From: Phallusia mammillata
Lineage: Eukaryota
Length of the DNA: 64,000 nt
NCBI GenBank assembly: GCA_965637545.1
Contig: OZ281499.1
Coordinates: forward strand, 2,480,001-2,544,000
Reading direction: 5' to 3'
The notes under the pieces were generated by a model. It saw only the letters and a program-made list of their open reading frames with translations, did not search any database and was not told the DNA's origin. Position 1 is the stretch's first letter. Each line of letters begins with the position of its first letter. Of the stretch, positions 1-55,654 are shown one piece after another. The position numbers were made by a program, and so were the translations under genes.

Positions 1-2
1 GG

Positions 3-2015
3 ATAGTCGACGTCGGTTTGCGTGTTCACTGCGTGTTTCTTGTTGGCAAGTGTCGACTAGCGCCGCTGAAAACAGTGTCAATTCCAAGACTGGAACTGAC
101 GGCGGCAGTTCTATCCGTGAAGCTAGATGAAATGATGCGACGAGAGCTTGGCTTGCCAGTGCATCGGTCTGTGTTCTGGACAGACTCCACTGCCGTCCTA
201 CAGAGCATCAGGAATTCGAAGAAGAGATTCCCTACGTTCGTTGCTAATCGAATTGCAAAGATTGAAAGGCAAAGCGATCCTTTAAGCTGGAGACATGTTC
301 CTTCAAAGCTCAATCCGGCAGACGAGGCGTCACGTGGATTGACGTCAGAAGCGTTAGTGACGTCTGGCCGCTGGTTGCGCGGTCCGCAGTTTTTGTTGGA
401 ATCTGAGGATCACTGGCCTGTGAGTCCGATTGTTTTACCCGACTTGCCTGCTGAGTTCAGTCCCGTAAAAAAGCAGGAAGTCTCCATACATATGGTCGTA
501 GAGAGGCAGTCCATAGTTGAGAGGATCATCCATCGGTACTCTTCGTTGCATCGTTTGAAAAAGAGTATCGCCTGGCTGCTTCGATATAAGAAGTTTTTAC
601 TGTCGCGTGTTCGCGGTAACAAGGCTGTGGTGGAGAATCGTGGATCATTATCTGTTGAAGAATTAAATGCTGCCGAACTGGAGTTGATTAAATATGTGCA
701 GCGAAAGCATTTCAGCCCTGAGCTTGCTGCGTTGGAGAAGGGATCTCTTTCCAAGACCTCTGTGAAACGTCACATGTTCAAACTAAATCCAATGGTTGTT
801 AACTCCGTGCTTCGAGTTGGTGGTCGACTAGAAAAGGCTTTCATTCCGTACGATGCCAAACATCCGATTCTTCTACCACATTCGTGTCATTTTACTGACT
901 TGGTTATCGAGAGACATCATCGTCTTGTCGGACATTCTGGGATGGGCCACACTTGGTCGTCGCTGCGCCAAAGGTTTTGGATACTTAAAGGTGGAGTAGC
1001 CGTACGCCGAGTGATTGGGAATTGCCTGTTCTGCAAGAGAAGAAATGCTTCCGCTGGAGTACAGAGGATGGCAGACCTTCCTTCAGCAAGACTGCATCCG
1101 GACGAGCCCCCGTTTTCACACGTAGGGGTGGATTATTTTGGTCCCTTTCCAGTTAGGCAGGGACGGAGCATCGTGAAACGGTACGGGGCAGTGTTTACCT
1201 GCCTATCAATTCGAGCTGTCCATATCGAAGTTGCCCACAGCCTATCTACAGACTCGTTCATCGACGCGCTTCGTCGCTTCATTGGTCGGCGTGGGAATCC
1301 TGTAAATATATATTCCGACAATGGGACGAACTTTGTCGGTGCAGAACGGATACTGAGAGAATCACTGCAGTCTTGGAACCAAGTTCACATTGAGGAGTAC
1401 CTGAAACAAAGCGGAATTCGTTGGTCGTTCAATCCCCCGACAGCCAGTCATATGGGAGGTGCGTGGGAACGAATGGTGCGCTCCATCCGGCGAATTCTGA
1501 CGTCTCTGATGACACAGCAAGTTGTTTCCGACGAAACATTGTCAACGCTTTTTGTTGAGGTTGAGTCAATACTCAACTCGCGTCCTCTTATTCCTGTCAC
1601 CTTTGATCCCCGCGATGATGAGCCGATCACACCCAATCATCTCCTGCTCATGAGATGCAACTCGAATTTGCCTCCTGGCTTGTTCGACAAAAAGGACTGT
1701 TACGTGCGGCGCCGTTGGGCGCAAGTGCAGTACTTGGCGAATCAATTTTGGATCCGCTGGGTTCGCGAATATCTACCGAACATCATTTCCAGGCAGAAGT
1801 GGTTCCAGAAGAGGAGAGATCTCCAGATCAACGATGTGGTTCTCGTCGTGGATGATTCACAGCCACGCTCCAAGTGGTTGATGGGTCGCGTTGCGGATAC
1901 ATTTCCCGATAAAACGGGAACTGTACGCTCGGTGCTTGTGCAAACGCGATACAATCGTGTCAAACGACCGATTGCAAAACTTTGCTTGATTGTCGCCGCT
2001 GAAAGTGATGCTTAG
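3..2015 (+). mobile_element. BEL/Pao LTR retrotransposon pol 3' part (Pao RNase H C-term, HHCC zinc finger, DDE integrase, C-terminal domain); 5' end lies outside the window
   Basis: Uninterrupted frame from the window edge. Motifs: CRLAPLKTVSIPRLEL and FWTDS (Pao RNase H), HHRLVGH...CLFC, VGVDYFGPF, SDNGTNF, GGAWERMVRS (integrase), WxRWVREYLP (BEL C-terminus). Confidence 0.95.
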
Positions 2016-2096
2016 TGTGCTGTTTTGTTTATTGAATTTCGTTGAACGTTCGATGTTTGTTTGTGTGTGAAATGTATTTACCCGGGTCATACATTT

Positions 2097-2834
2097 AGGT
2101 GGGGGTATGTTACATCTCCACGTTCAGTTGCGCATGATTGACTTGTCTCATTATTCCCCTGCTATGACGTTGCAATCGCCATGTGCGTGGCAGTAAAATT
2201 GGAAGGCCTTTGTCTGTGTGTTGCAATGATTGGTTCATTTACTGTACAACGTGGTCGAGTGGGGTGATTTATTGCTGCATTAAGTAAATTCGTTTGTGTT
2301 GCATTTTTTAGAGACGAATAAGGCTAAATTAAATATTGTGACGACTGACTAATTAATCTTCAAGTGAAGGCTGTCTACCGTGATTGTCGGTGAGTGTTTA
2401 ATTCGATTTGTGACCTAAATTAATTCATGGCTTTATGTGTGACTTATGGCATGCTGTATTTTCCTATAGTGATTGCAGCGATTGTTTCATCGTCTTGCAA
2501 CTGTTGATACGTGTACTGTACCTGTTGACCTGTGTCGCAAAATAGTTGGTAAGTTAGTCATTGGCATTTTTGTGCGTTGACATATGTCAATGTGTTTCGT
2601 TTTCTTGTTTAGAAAACCGTTCCCGTTCCCGTTCCCGTCTCCGTTTCGTTCTCAACCCTGTTTCTGTCCGTTCCTAAATTGTGTACGACGTTGTGGTTGT
2701 TGCCGCTGTTGTCGCTGTGGACTATTACACGAGATTCGGGAAGTGTGATTTGTGTGGGAAAGGGCGGGGCGTGTTTCAACGTGACAAACCCCTTTGTGAG
2801 GCTCAGCCTTGCAGGTCGGCCGTTCAGAGTCTAC
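2097..2834 (+). repeat. Polypurine tract (2097-2107) and 3' LTR of the BEL element (starts TGTTACA at 2108; end uncertain, either GTGACA 2786 or CTACA 2834)
   Basis: AGGTGGGGGTA lies about 80 bp after the pol stop and is followed by TGT. Internal splice-like signals: gtgagt ~2390, gtaagt ~2549, tttag ~2611. There is no second LTR in the window to fix the right end. Confidence 0.7.
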
Positions 2835-4219
2835 AAGCCCTATATCCAAACCTTCGCCGCGAATTGGTAAAGCAAGCGTTATCTTCAGCTTTGAGCACAC
2901 ATACCAATTTTAGCGTCAAAGGAAGAAATCTACTCACTCAACTTGTTATGTTCTGCTTGAGTAATGTAGTGACTGAGTTCAAGGATGCTTACTATAGGCA
3001 AACTAGCGGCATTGTCACAGGCGACAACCATTCAGTTTCGGTTGCAAACATTGCCGTCCACTACATCGTTCAGTCACTCAGGGATGTGATATGTGGTGTT
3101 CATCTTTTCAAAAGGTACATAGATGACATATTATGGATATCATCCGGGAGCGAAAATACGAAACAAGTACAAACTTCACTTAAAAAGGGTTTTGAAAACT
3201 ACGGGCTGACACTTACGTTCAGGGCAGTGTCAACTGAGGAGGAAGGCAAGGCTTTGGAGTTTCTTGACGTAAACCACATCACAACAAAAAGTTCACCTAA
3301 AGGTTTCATAACAAGGGACTACATCAAACCAACTGCAAAAGGACGTAGTTTTCTAAACGGTCATTCCCACCACCCGCCGTCGGTTTTTAAATCGATAGTT
3401 TTTGGCGAAGCGATTCGCATGCGTCGATTAAACGAACTAGACCAAGATTACCGTAACAGTCTTAACAGACTCAGGGAGAAGTGCTTGCTCTCTGGTTTTC
3501 ATCAAGGAATGACGGAAGACATGCTACACATCGCAGAGGGTTGGAAAGAAAGGTTTGGGCCGGAAGACAAAAATAGACCTCAAAATCGAATTGTTTGGGC
3601 TACGGCATTCCCTGCTTGTGTTTTATTAACTCAAAAAGAGAAAGCTATGGAACCTTTGGCTTCCATTACATACAAAAGGCCACCCACGCTGGCACACTTT
3701 CTATCCAACTTCAAAGTTTTGTCCATCGGTAAGGCAGGCAAAGACAACGGCACAGGCTCTTTAAGTCCATGCGGAAAATGCGCACTATGTGGTAATTTTG
3801 GTAGTCACCAAACTATGGTGTACCATACCACCGTTTTAAAAACGCCCACAGGCAGTATCCAACTTTGCCAAAATCTAACATGTCGCAACTACGGCATTTA
3901 TGTGGCCACTTGCCGCAAGTGTGGCAAGCAATATGTTGGTCAAACCAAGAACAAGTTCTCCACACGGTGGAATACCCATCGCGCCACTTGGAAAACGTTC
4001 GATTGCTCGGCAAACAATGACCGAGCTGCGCTACTGCGCCACTACGCGGAGAACCATAGTGCGATATTAAAGCGTAAACCGCACATCCACCTGTGTTTTT
4101 TTGTTGTGTTTGTGCAAATGCCTTCACCCAATCTTTTAGATATTTTTGAAGATAAATGGCTGAACAAAATCAAGGCCGAAATTAACATACAAAAAATGAT
4201 TCTGCCGCGCGTGAGGTAA
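2681..4219 (+). CDS. Penelope-like element RT + GIY-YIG endonuclease ORF, 5'-incomplete; first ~50 codons appear LTR-derived
   Basis: QALYPNL, GIVTGDNHSVSVANI, YIDD, LEFLD (PLE RT). CGKCALC, GIYVATCRKCGKQYVGQTKNKFSTRWNTHR (GIY-YIG with Cys insert). The expected first catalytic Asp before xQALYP is absent. Confidence 0.9.
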   Translation: MYDVVVVAAVVAVDYYTRFGKCDLCGKGRGVFQRDKPLCEAQPCRSAVQSLQALYPNLRRELVKQALSSALSTHTNFSVKGRNLLTQLVMFCLSNVVTEFKDAYYRQTSGIVTGDNHSVSVANIAVHYIVQSLRDVICGVHLFKRYIDDILWISSGSENTKQVQTSLKKGFENYGLTLTFRAVSTEEEGKALEFLDVNHITTKSSPKGFITRDYIKPTAKGRSFLNGHSHHPPSVFKSIVFGEAIRMRRLNELDQDYRNSLNRLREKCLLSGFHQGMTEDMLHIAEGWKERFGPEDKNRPQNRIVWATAFPACVLLTQKEKAMEPLASITYKRPPTLAHFLSNFKVLSIGKAGKDNGTGSLSPCGKCALCGNFGSHQTMVYHTTVLKTPTGSIQLCQNLTCRNYGIYVATCRKCGKQYVGQTKNKFSTRWNTHRATWKTFDCSANNDRAALLRHYAENHSAILKRKPHIHLCFFVVFVQMPSPNLLDIFEDKWLNKIKAEINIQKMILPRVR

Positions 4220-4500
4220 TCCCATCTTTGTGTTTCTACCCCTTAATGTTTTGTTTCTTCACGCCTAGAGGTTTATTTACTTCCCACCGTGTTCTGTAAT
4301 GGCTTATCAGTTTATCACGTCTCTTTTTTCTTGCCTTTTCTCGTGTCGCTTGTGGCCACTCGCTAGTCGTGGTTTGCCTCTGTGCTTCGCAGTTGTTTAA
4401 TTTGTACAGTTTTAAATTTTTAAAAATTTTATAAGTGTTTTAACTATTTTATTTATTTTTTACTACTTTTACCTACAGCCCCTTACATGTTTGCTTTTTT

Positions 4501-4548
4501 GCAGAAACTGACGATGCCTATTTATTAAGGCGAAATATATATTTCTGT
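4501..4548 (+). ncRNA. Minimal type I hammerhead ribozyme in the Penelope 3' pLTR
   Basis: Stem I gcagaaa/tttctgt; core CTGACGA; stem II gcct/aggc; GAAA; palindromic ATATAT stem III; predicted cleavage after A4541. Confidence 0.85.
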
Positions 4549-4872
4549 TATTAAAAGAAACGATTTATGCTTTTATCTGTTTTTATGAAACAGTCCAATA
4601 CTATACTGATCAGAAGCAAGAATCTTTCTTTTATACATTTTATTGTCTGCGGGAGATTCGCTTAATAACAAAACTTTTTCAACCCTAAACATAATAATAT
4701 TTTGTTTAACCAATTTCATGCTTGAGTGATTCCATTCCCGCCAACTTGTGAAAAAAGAAAGTAAAAAATCGTTGCTCAGTTTTTTTATTTATTTATTTGA
4801 TGTTGTTGGCATTTGCAAAAAGTTAAAACAGTGAATTAAAACAAGAGTGGCTTTACAAAGTCATCATACAAC

Positions 4873-7074
4873 ATGGGTCTTTTAGACGAATGCGAAAAAC
4901 TGTTTGAAACACGTGATTTGTATGAACTGTTGTCTGTTGCTAAGGAATCGAGTGAAACCGAAATTAAACGTGCGTACAGAAAGTTGTCATTACGGGTTCA
5001 TCCAGACCGATGTCAAGATGACACAGAAACTGCTACCAAAAAGTTTCAGGTAAAAACTGTGCATGTATTAACATACACCACAAATATAGAAACAGTTTAC
5101 ATATTGGTTGGCCTTTGAAAACGTTAGAGCTGTAAAAATGTACGTTACATTGCTCATTTAGTAAAAGTAAAGTACAGATTACGTTAAGTTGGCATTGCAT
5201 AGTGTGTTTATCGTTTAATAGGTTCTATCGAAAGCATCAAAAATTCTGCTAGACAAAGAATCACGAGAGATCTATGACAGAGAAGGGACTGTTGACGAGG
5301 GCGGAGAATTAAATGAAGAGAATTTAAAGAATTGGACACAATACTGGAAAACCTTGTTTCATGTAAGTGTATAATTGTTGGTTTCAAATCTTTTTTGAAA
5401 CTTGAAGTCTTATGCCATGGCAAAAAATCAATCTAACAGGTACCTTATTAAGAAATACTTTGTATGGTCTGAAGTCTGAACCAAAGTGTAAACCACAAGT
5501 TGTTTAACACATTGTTATGCGACAGAGCTTCATATACGTCATTTTGAGTCCAAACTTATACAGAAAGTTTTTTGCCTGAAAACACATTGCCTGGACTGGA
5601 GAGCTTAGCGAGATTTTGATTGGCCAAATTGAATGAAACTTTTTGATTCTTACAATTAAATGCAATAATTAAAGATGTTAGAAAAAAAATGTATGGCCCA
5701 TAGTGTGCAAAGTTGCAAATTTACATGAAAAAAATATTTTGTCATTTTTAAGTTTACAGTTGATGACCTAAAGAAGTTTGAAGATTCTTACAAATTTTCT
5801 GAAGAAGAGGCGTCTGACCTGAAAACAATTTATGTTGAATGTGAAGGCGACATGGATCTTATATTTGAAAAACAAATTTGCTGCACCATTGAGGATGAAA
5901 CTAGGTTCAGGTCAGTTAAGGCAGCAATTACCCTGATAAAGGTGACTTAGATAGGACGTTAAATGTCGGTGAAAACAATATATTTGCCAGAAGTGCATTA
6001 TTTAGTTTACATATACGTTTTCTGGATGTGCTGTGATGCATAAAAATAGTTTAGACTTTATTTAGGTATTTTGTTTATGCTTTTACAAGTTGATGTTTTT
6101 TGGTTTTTAGAGAAATTTTGCTTCAAGCTATAAAAGCTGATGAGGTCCCATCTTTCGATAAATTTGTCAAAGAGAGCAAGGCCAAGCGAAACCGAAGGAA
6201 AAGGAAGTTTGAAAAAGAAGCCCAAGAAGTTAAAGAATCCATGAATGACCTTGGAATTGGTAAAAACATGTTTTGTGAATCCAATATCATGTTGCTAAAA
6301 TTATTCAATCAATTGCGATGACAACTTTACCATGAACAAACCCCAATTTCTTTGATTAAAGAATCCTATTCGGGTACAAGTTGTTGATAAACCAGGTCTC
6401 TGTAGAAAAACGCACTATATAATAGTAGATATCAGGAGGGCAACCTGCGGCCCCTGGGCCAAATGCAGTCCTTGATTAAAGGTTGTGCGGCCCGCAGATA
6501 CGCTTGGATTTTAAATGTACTGGCAAACAAGTCCAACTATTATATATTTTTGAGCAGATTAATGCGCCGGATGCTGGTTTTCTGCGACCTGGCACTTGTG
6601 GCTAGAATCAAATGCGAATTTTACGTGTAGTTAAGCATATTTGGTAAGCAACAAAGTAAAATCACCTTACGTTATATATACATGTGGCCCGCGATCTAAA
6701 TTTGGATATTGTATTTGGCCCCACAGTAACAAAGGTTGCCCACCCCTGATAAATATATATTTATGTTTGCTACCAAAATGCCTGAATCATTTATTTTAGG
6801 TAAATCCTATCGGTTTGCACCAAGTTTGCAACCCCAAATAATACATTATTCCCCCCCCTTAACTCTACCAAATACATTTTTGTGTCCCCCAAATAACAAA
6901 TGTCCACCTTTTTCTTGGACAGATAATGAAAGTGATTTGAAGCAGTTAATCTTGCAACGACAATCAAATCGTGAACAACAAATGGGAAATTTCTTCGATC
7001 AGCTCGAAGCGAAATATGCTAAACCAACAAAGGGAAAGAAATCAAGTACTAGAGGAAAAAAGAACAAGAAGTAA
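4873..7074 (+). CDS. DNAJC9: DnaJ homolog subfamily C member 9 (J-domain histone H3-H4 co-chaperone), 258 aa
   Basis: Exons 4873-5049, 5222-5362, 5753-5910, 6111-6259, 6923-7074, all GT-AG and phase-consistent (777 nt). J-domain with HPD; EEEASDLKTIYVECEGDMD and C-terminal LEAKY match DNAJC9. Confidence 0.93.
5925..6005 (+). repeat. Degenerate family-A hammerhead repeat in DNAJC9 intron 3
   Basis: ttaccctgataaaggtgacttagataggacgttaaatgtc...tttgccagaag aligns to the intact copy at 17740; the core is mutated. Confidence 0.65.
6433..6748. mobile_element. hAT (Charlie-like) MITE
   Basis: TIRs caggagggcaacc / ggttgcccacccctg; 8-bp flanks gtagatat / ataaatat (6/8). Confidence 0.7.
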
Positions 7075-7744
7075 AAATGCTCCTTGAAAACTGAAAGTAT
7101 TCTGCCACTCAGTTGGAGTTGTTGGTTTGTGATTTTCAAGGAAAAATGGATTTATCCGAAGGCTGGCTCAGGAGAAAATTGGACTTAGAACTTGGCCTCT
7201 AGTCTGGTGGCTATAGTGTATTTATGTAAACACACAAATGTTCTTGTTTGGTTCCCATTATAAAATGAATTCTTTGAAATGTATTACACTACTTCTGTTA
7301 TTGCTTTGTTAACATTTATTTATATTTGGGTTTAAACTGTCACTTTTACTGTCACAATCTTTATTTTTTTAACGTTGAGTTGACAGTATTTTAGTTAAGG
7401 TTAGGATTTCGTTTAAAAAGGGTGGGATTCGGGTGTCACTTTACACTTCTGACACATTTCTGCTTCTTTCTCTAATGTTGATATATATACTTGTTTTGTA
7501 ATTTGAATATCGCCTGGAGCCCGTTTCAAATCAAATTTAGGTATTTTTTATGCATGAATTTGATTTGTTGCGCTCAGCTGTACATTTTACAAAATCTTTA
7601 TTTTGGTGTTGATGGCAACTTGGAGTCATTTCTGTAATTTTCCTTTTGGGCCCAATTTCAAATAAATATTCATGTCCTTAAATTTAAGAACCTCATTAAG
7701 CAAATGATAAATACCGAAGGTTTTCTCATATACTTAATATGCTA

Positions 7745-7890
7745 AGCCGCAGAGAGTGCACACTGTTTCGTCCTGTAAGGTCTTTAGCCTGTTACTCCCA
7801 ACAAACTGGAGTGCCGCAAGGGCTACATTAGCCCATACGGCTAATCTCTCGTCACCAGCTGCACTGATGAAACCTTACAGTTTACATATG
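7745..7890. repeat. Family-B hammerhead repeat remnant with inverted structure
   Basis: Minus-strand hammerhead 3' half (gcagagagtgcacactgtttcgtcctgtaaggtct) fused to a plus-strand body ending gctgcactgatgaaaccttacag (truncated). Confidence 0.8.
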
Positions 7891-8489
7891 TATTGGCTTA
7901 AGGCTTCTATACTTGACGTTCTGTCTGAGGGTTCGTTTAATGACGAGTCAATAGGAAAACAACAAACGACGGTGGCAAAAAAGATACACACAATTATTTA
8001 CACGGCGAGTTTATAAAACGAAGCCGCGCATGGCAGCAAAATTATACACACACCGGCTGCTGCTGTAATCACCAATCGAAGTGAGTCGTTTCAACCTTTT
8101 CAAACGCGAAAAATAACGGGCGAAAAAAAGTGAAATGTTAGTAAAAACTGAACGGTAGGATACTAAAATAACAGCTGCGCATGTGACTTTGTTTTAAAGG
8201 GGTGAGTTGAACGTACTTTGGGGGCAGTGGGGGGACACAATAACAACCGGAAGAGCCTGTGCAGCGCAAAGTACAAAAGGCGACAAGAAAAAACAACACA
8301 CTGAACTTCATAGACCTGTATAGACACCTTCATGCTCGCAACAAGAACAAGTGGAAATCGCAAAATTATTTGTCGTTTCGTCTCAACTTTATGCAAAATA
8401 TCAACCCAAAGGGCACACTAAACCGAGTACCTCTTGTCAATACGCGAAAAAACTACACAAAAACACGAGTATTGCAGAGTTCATACTCG

Positions 8490-43494
<35,005 letters not shown>

Positions 43495-44177
43495 GCTGAT
43501 TTATATTGAGTATAATCCACAGTACAATAGACGTACTGTCGAGCTGGACACTTTACACTGGTTTATGTGACTTCACCACACCTCAGCACATTTGGTGGGC
43601 CTGCAACTACTACCATTTTGTTCAGCATATAATATATAATCTTACAATAACCTGTACACTCATACACTTTGATTATATGTAGGATATACTAAAAACTAAA
43701 CAGTCAAACTTTCAAAACCATTGTACACACATTTATGTATTAATCCTGCATCTAAAAATATAGCGTTTGTATAACATATGCCACAAACACAAAACAGGAA
43801 ATGAATACCAGAACTACTTTTATACTATATCCTGAATAATATACATACAAAAAAGCAGCGATATACAACAAAAAATCAAGCTACTTAAACTACTTATTAT
43901 ACAGAAAAGCGCAGAGGCAATTAAATTGATCCAAAATTCCAAATTGCAGCCTTGGCCTAAGGACGTGGGCTAAATGACATGTGAATACAAAAATGGAAAA
44001 TGGTATGCCTGAGGGCAATGGCGAGACTTACCATTTTCTAACCACAGGTGGCTGGAGTCAGGTCTGTATTAAAGTGACAACACCACAGGCCGAGAAAATG
44101 CTACATGCACCACAGTGGAAGAAATTTACTGAAAACCACACAACTGTTTTGCTCTATACTGTTTTTAATGATATTAC

Positions 44178-44894
44178 TAGGGCAAATATTTTTTGACTTG
44201 TCAAAAAAAGTCAAAATTTTTAGAATAGGTAAAAAATTGTCAAAATTGTTTACAAAGTCAAAATTGTTTACAAAGTTAAAATTGTTTACAAACTGCATTG
44301 TCATGGTGTTGTAGAGGTTGCACTACCAGTGAAATATTCATTTTACACCTTGTAGCTTACTTTATACTGTTGTAATTGGCTCATTGCCCCAATTATTGCG
44401 AATCATAAACCATCAAGTGAGTAAAACAATTAGGTTGATATGGCGTGATGCTCAACACACCTCAAAACGTGCAAAATTGTGGTAGGTCCCAAGTCACTTT
44501 ACGGCAGCTGCAGGTTAGGTGCAGCTCTTGCTTCGGTTTTGCTTTAGATACTTCATGTATCTTTCGTTTATACAAATGTATTGAATAATTTTCGTTGTGT
44601 CTTAGCTGCAGTTTTTTGGCAGTGATTTTTAATTAGCTCATTCCCTTTTCAGAATAGGTTAGGTCTATGTTTAGATTTTTGCCCTTCTGTTAGACTTTTG
44701 CACATTCTTTCGCTCTAGTTAGATTAGCCTAGCCATATTTTAACTTTTTGACTGATAATGCGTAATTTAACTACTTGAATTCTTCATAGGTCAAAATTTT
44801 GTCAAAAAAAAGTTTTTTAAGGTCAAAATTTGTCAAAATTTTCAATTTGTAGGTCAAATTTTTTCGTTTTTTAGGTCAAAAAATAATTGCCCTA
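44178..44894. mobile_element. hAT non-autonomous element with gtcaaaatt subterminal repeats
   Basis: TIR tagggcaa(a/t)ta; perfect 8-bp TSD gatattac. Confidence 0.88.
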
Positions 44895-46077
44895 GATATT
44901 ACTAAAGCGCCGTGACAAATAATCGAATCATAAGTGTTGCGTTAAACTTGTTTCTTTTATTTTTTATTGTTTTTAAGCTTATATTGTCATGATAAACGGT
45001 CACAAATATAGAAAAATCAATTGGAAAAAATAACATATGTTTTAGTGTTGGCCACAGTATTAGATATTAGGGAAATTAAATACATCATGCCTTCGTTAAC
45101 GTAAAAAAAACTGTTGTTTAGTTATTATTTTTATTGAATAGTGTTGTAAGTATTGAAAATGCTTGTTTAAACAACTAAATGTAGAACTGCTAAATACCAA
45201 TATGACAAAAACATAATCCAAATCAACATGTTTTTAGCCTTTAAACTGTTCCTTTTATGATTAAAACATTTTATAACTGTCATCTGTTATTTTTTAATGC
45301 GTTAAAAACTTGTTGACTGTTGTATTTACCAACTTCTTTGCCTTCAAAATACTGCCTGTTTTATATGTTACTTTTACAGTTTACACTAATACTTTTTTAA
45401 ATGGAAAAGCATACAAAAGTTTAAAAACATCTAGTTACTTAGCATCGCAGAATCACCATAAAACGAGACTAAACAATATGTAAAACAGCTTTCACTGTGA
45501 CAACATTTGGTTAATTTACGAACGCATATAATATCGACCGCTGTTTTTAACCCAATCATTGGAAGTTACGCGAAACGAGCGCAACAATTCGTTCAACAAC
45601 TCCATTACCAATCATGCATGCAATGACGCGTTTAAATTATATTTTTCATTTAGTTTCGTCATTTTTTATGTTTTGTTTCAACTAAAAGGTGATTTATTAC
45701 GAGACAAACATCTGAAAGTTTGATGTTGTTTGTTTTAAATTGTTTTTGCATTAGCGTATTCAAAACGACTTGTGTTTTTGCACCTGTGTCCAGTGTTGTT
45801 AGGCTCACATTATCACAGTATGTCGTTTTGTTTAAAACGTTCTTGTGCACGTATAAAGAAATCCAAATGCAAAACAATACAATATTTTGTTGTTTAACGA
45901 GTCATCATTTGCACTGTGACGTAATAAACATAACTATTTTGTCAGAAGCGTGTCGCTCCGCGCCAAGACATAGAAATCAAGAATTGTGTTGTTTATTTTT
46001 TTATTTCTGTGGTTTACGTTGGTTAGTTGTGGGATGTCTGCAAATTAAATGCTAACGAAAGTTAAATAACTAATAAG

Positions 46078-46680
46078 TAGGGCAAGTTTTTGTTGCACTA
46101 AAAACGTGAGAAAGTTGCACTTAATTTCAACAAAAGTTGCAGTAAAAAGTTGCATTTATGCATACTTCTTGGAGTTAAAATGACTAGCGGGCCGCAGGTT
46201 GGAAAATCCCTGCCTTAGACTGTCATCTTAACAGATATCAAGGTTATCGCTTCTTACTTGCAAAATAACGAATGCACTTTTATATGAAACTTTATGCTTG
46301 GCTGGGGTTGTTGAACTTCTAGCTTGCAAGCCAACTGTTGCGTCATAGATAACATTGAGATGCAGCTAATCCATCACATAACCCTTTGTTATGCAAATCA
46401 AAGAGAATAGAACCATACTAAAAATAGTTTTATAGCATGTTTTTTAAATCACTCCTTTACATTTTGCGCAATACTTGATAAAAGTTGCAGTCAAAAGTTG
46501 CACGAAAAATAGAAAAAAGTTGCAAAAAGTTGCACGAAAAATAGAAAAAAGTTGCACGAAAAATAGAAAAAAGTTGCAACATAAAATTCCTACAAACAGC
46601 TTATAACATCATACTACATAAATTCTGAGTATTTGGGAAGCTGCCGGAAGCTGTAAAAAAAGTTGCAAAAACTTGCCCTA
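46078..46680. mobile_element. hAT non-autonomous element with aaagttgca subterminal repeats
   Basis: TIR tagggcaagttttt / aaaaacttgcccta; perfect 8-bp TSD ctaataag. Confidence 0.9.
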
Positions 46681-46888
46681 CTAATAAGTGATTATGGAAG
46701 AAAATACAGTAATACAACATTTTTTAACTTATTTACGTGTTGAAGATAAAGACTAGTCGCTTCCTTAGTTATCAGAAATACAAACTGACCTAAAAACTGA
46801 AAGACATAAAGACATTCTAGTAGCTGAGTTTGAAAATTTAATGTTTACCTTTTTGTACATCAGGACATTTATACTGTTTGCTTTTGCC

Positions 46889-54814
<7,926 letters not shown>

Positions 54815-55654
54815 CAAATGTTTTCGCTTTTTCTTGAAATAAATATTCTTAATTTCTTGGCCTGGTGTCGTGGGCAGTGAGACAGTAACGTGCAAAACAT
54901 GATTACAGTCTAGGGTTGGGTTTAATTGCGAGGTAAAATAAAACGTAGTGGCTCGATAAAATGTTGATCATCGTTACTAAGGCAGGGACTCACATTTAGA
55001 CGGTTAGTTTAGTGCGTTTGGAATTTGAGACCGGGAAGGCAGCGTTTGTAAAACCGGTCAATGTTTGTCCTCAACTATATAGCTCCTGTGTTAAACATGG
55101 TGGGGTTCGATAGAAAAAGATAGCCTAGCTGGCCCATGTATTTAGGGTGGCCACGGGTGTAGGCTCACCAAAAACACCCACAAAAATTCAGGGAGACATT
55201 TTCTTTTTTAAAGTTTAGAATTAAGTGTGTGTTGCAAATGATTTAGTCGACTATTCCCCACGCTGTTTGTCCATATTGGGGTTTATTTTTGGCAAAAAAA
55301 GGTATAGATCATGGACTTACAATTCAGTTGGGCTTGCTACATACAATTTTTTTCCTAGATAGGGAACCATGAGGCCCGAAAGGTACTTTTAGTGGGGCAC
55401 GGTGCTTGAAAGGTTGAGAACCACTGACCTAACGGATAGTTCTTGAGTCGCAAAAAAACATAGCGCCGCCACCAAACCATTATCAGGCGAAAAACGTTTC
55501 ACCGGCACGGCATACAGATAATACACTTAAAGTTCAAATCATGCAAATAGGTTTTGAATAAAGAATGCACAACCAAAATTCAGCTTTGTAATGCTGGTGT
55601 ATAGGATACATTCAGGAATTGCCCTACTGGGAACTGAAAACAGTGCCCTATGAC

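Noticed and set aside
26-2090. Minus-strand ORFs over the BEL pol
   Set aside because: Antisense shadows of pol.
46490-46580. Direct repeats aaagttgcacgaaaaatagaaaa resembling a CRISPR-like array (likewise 44225-44295)
   Set aside because: No unique spacers, eukaryotic context; they are subterminal repeats inside hAT elements with TSDs.
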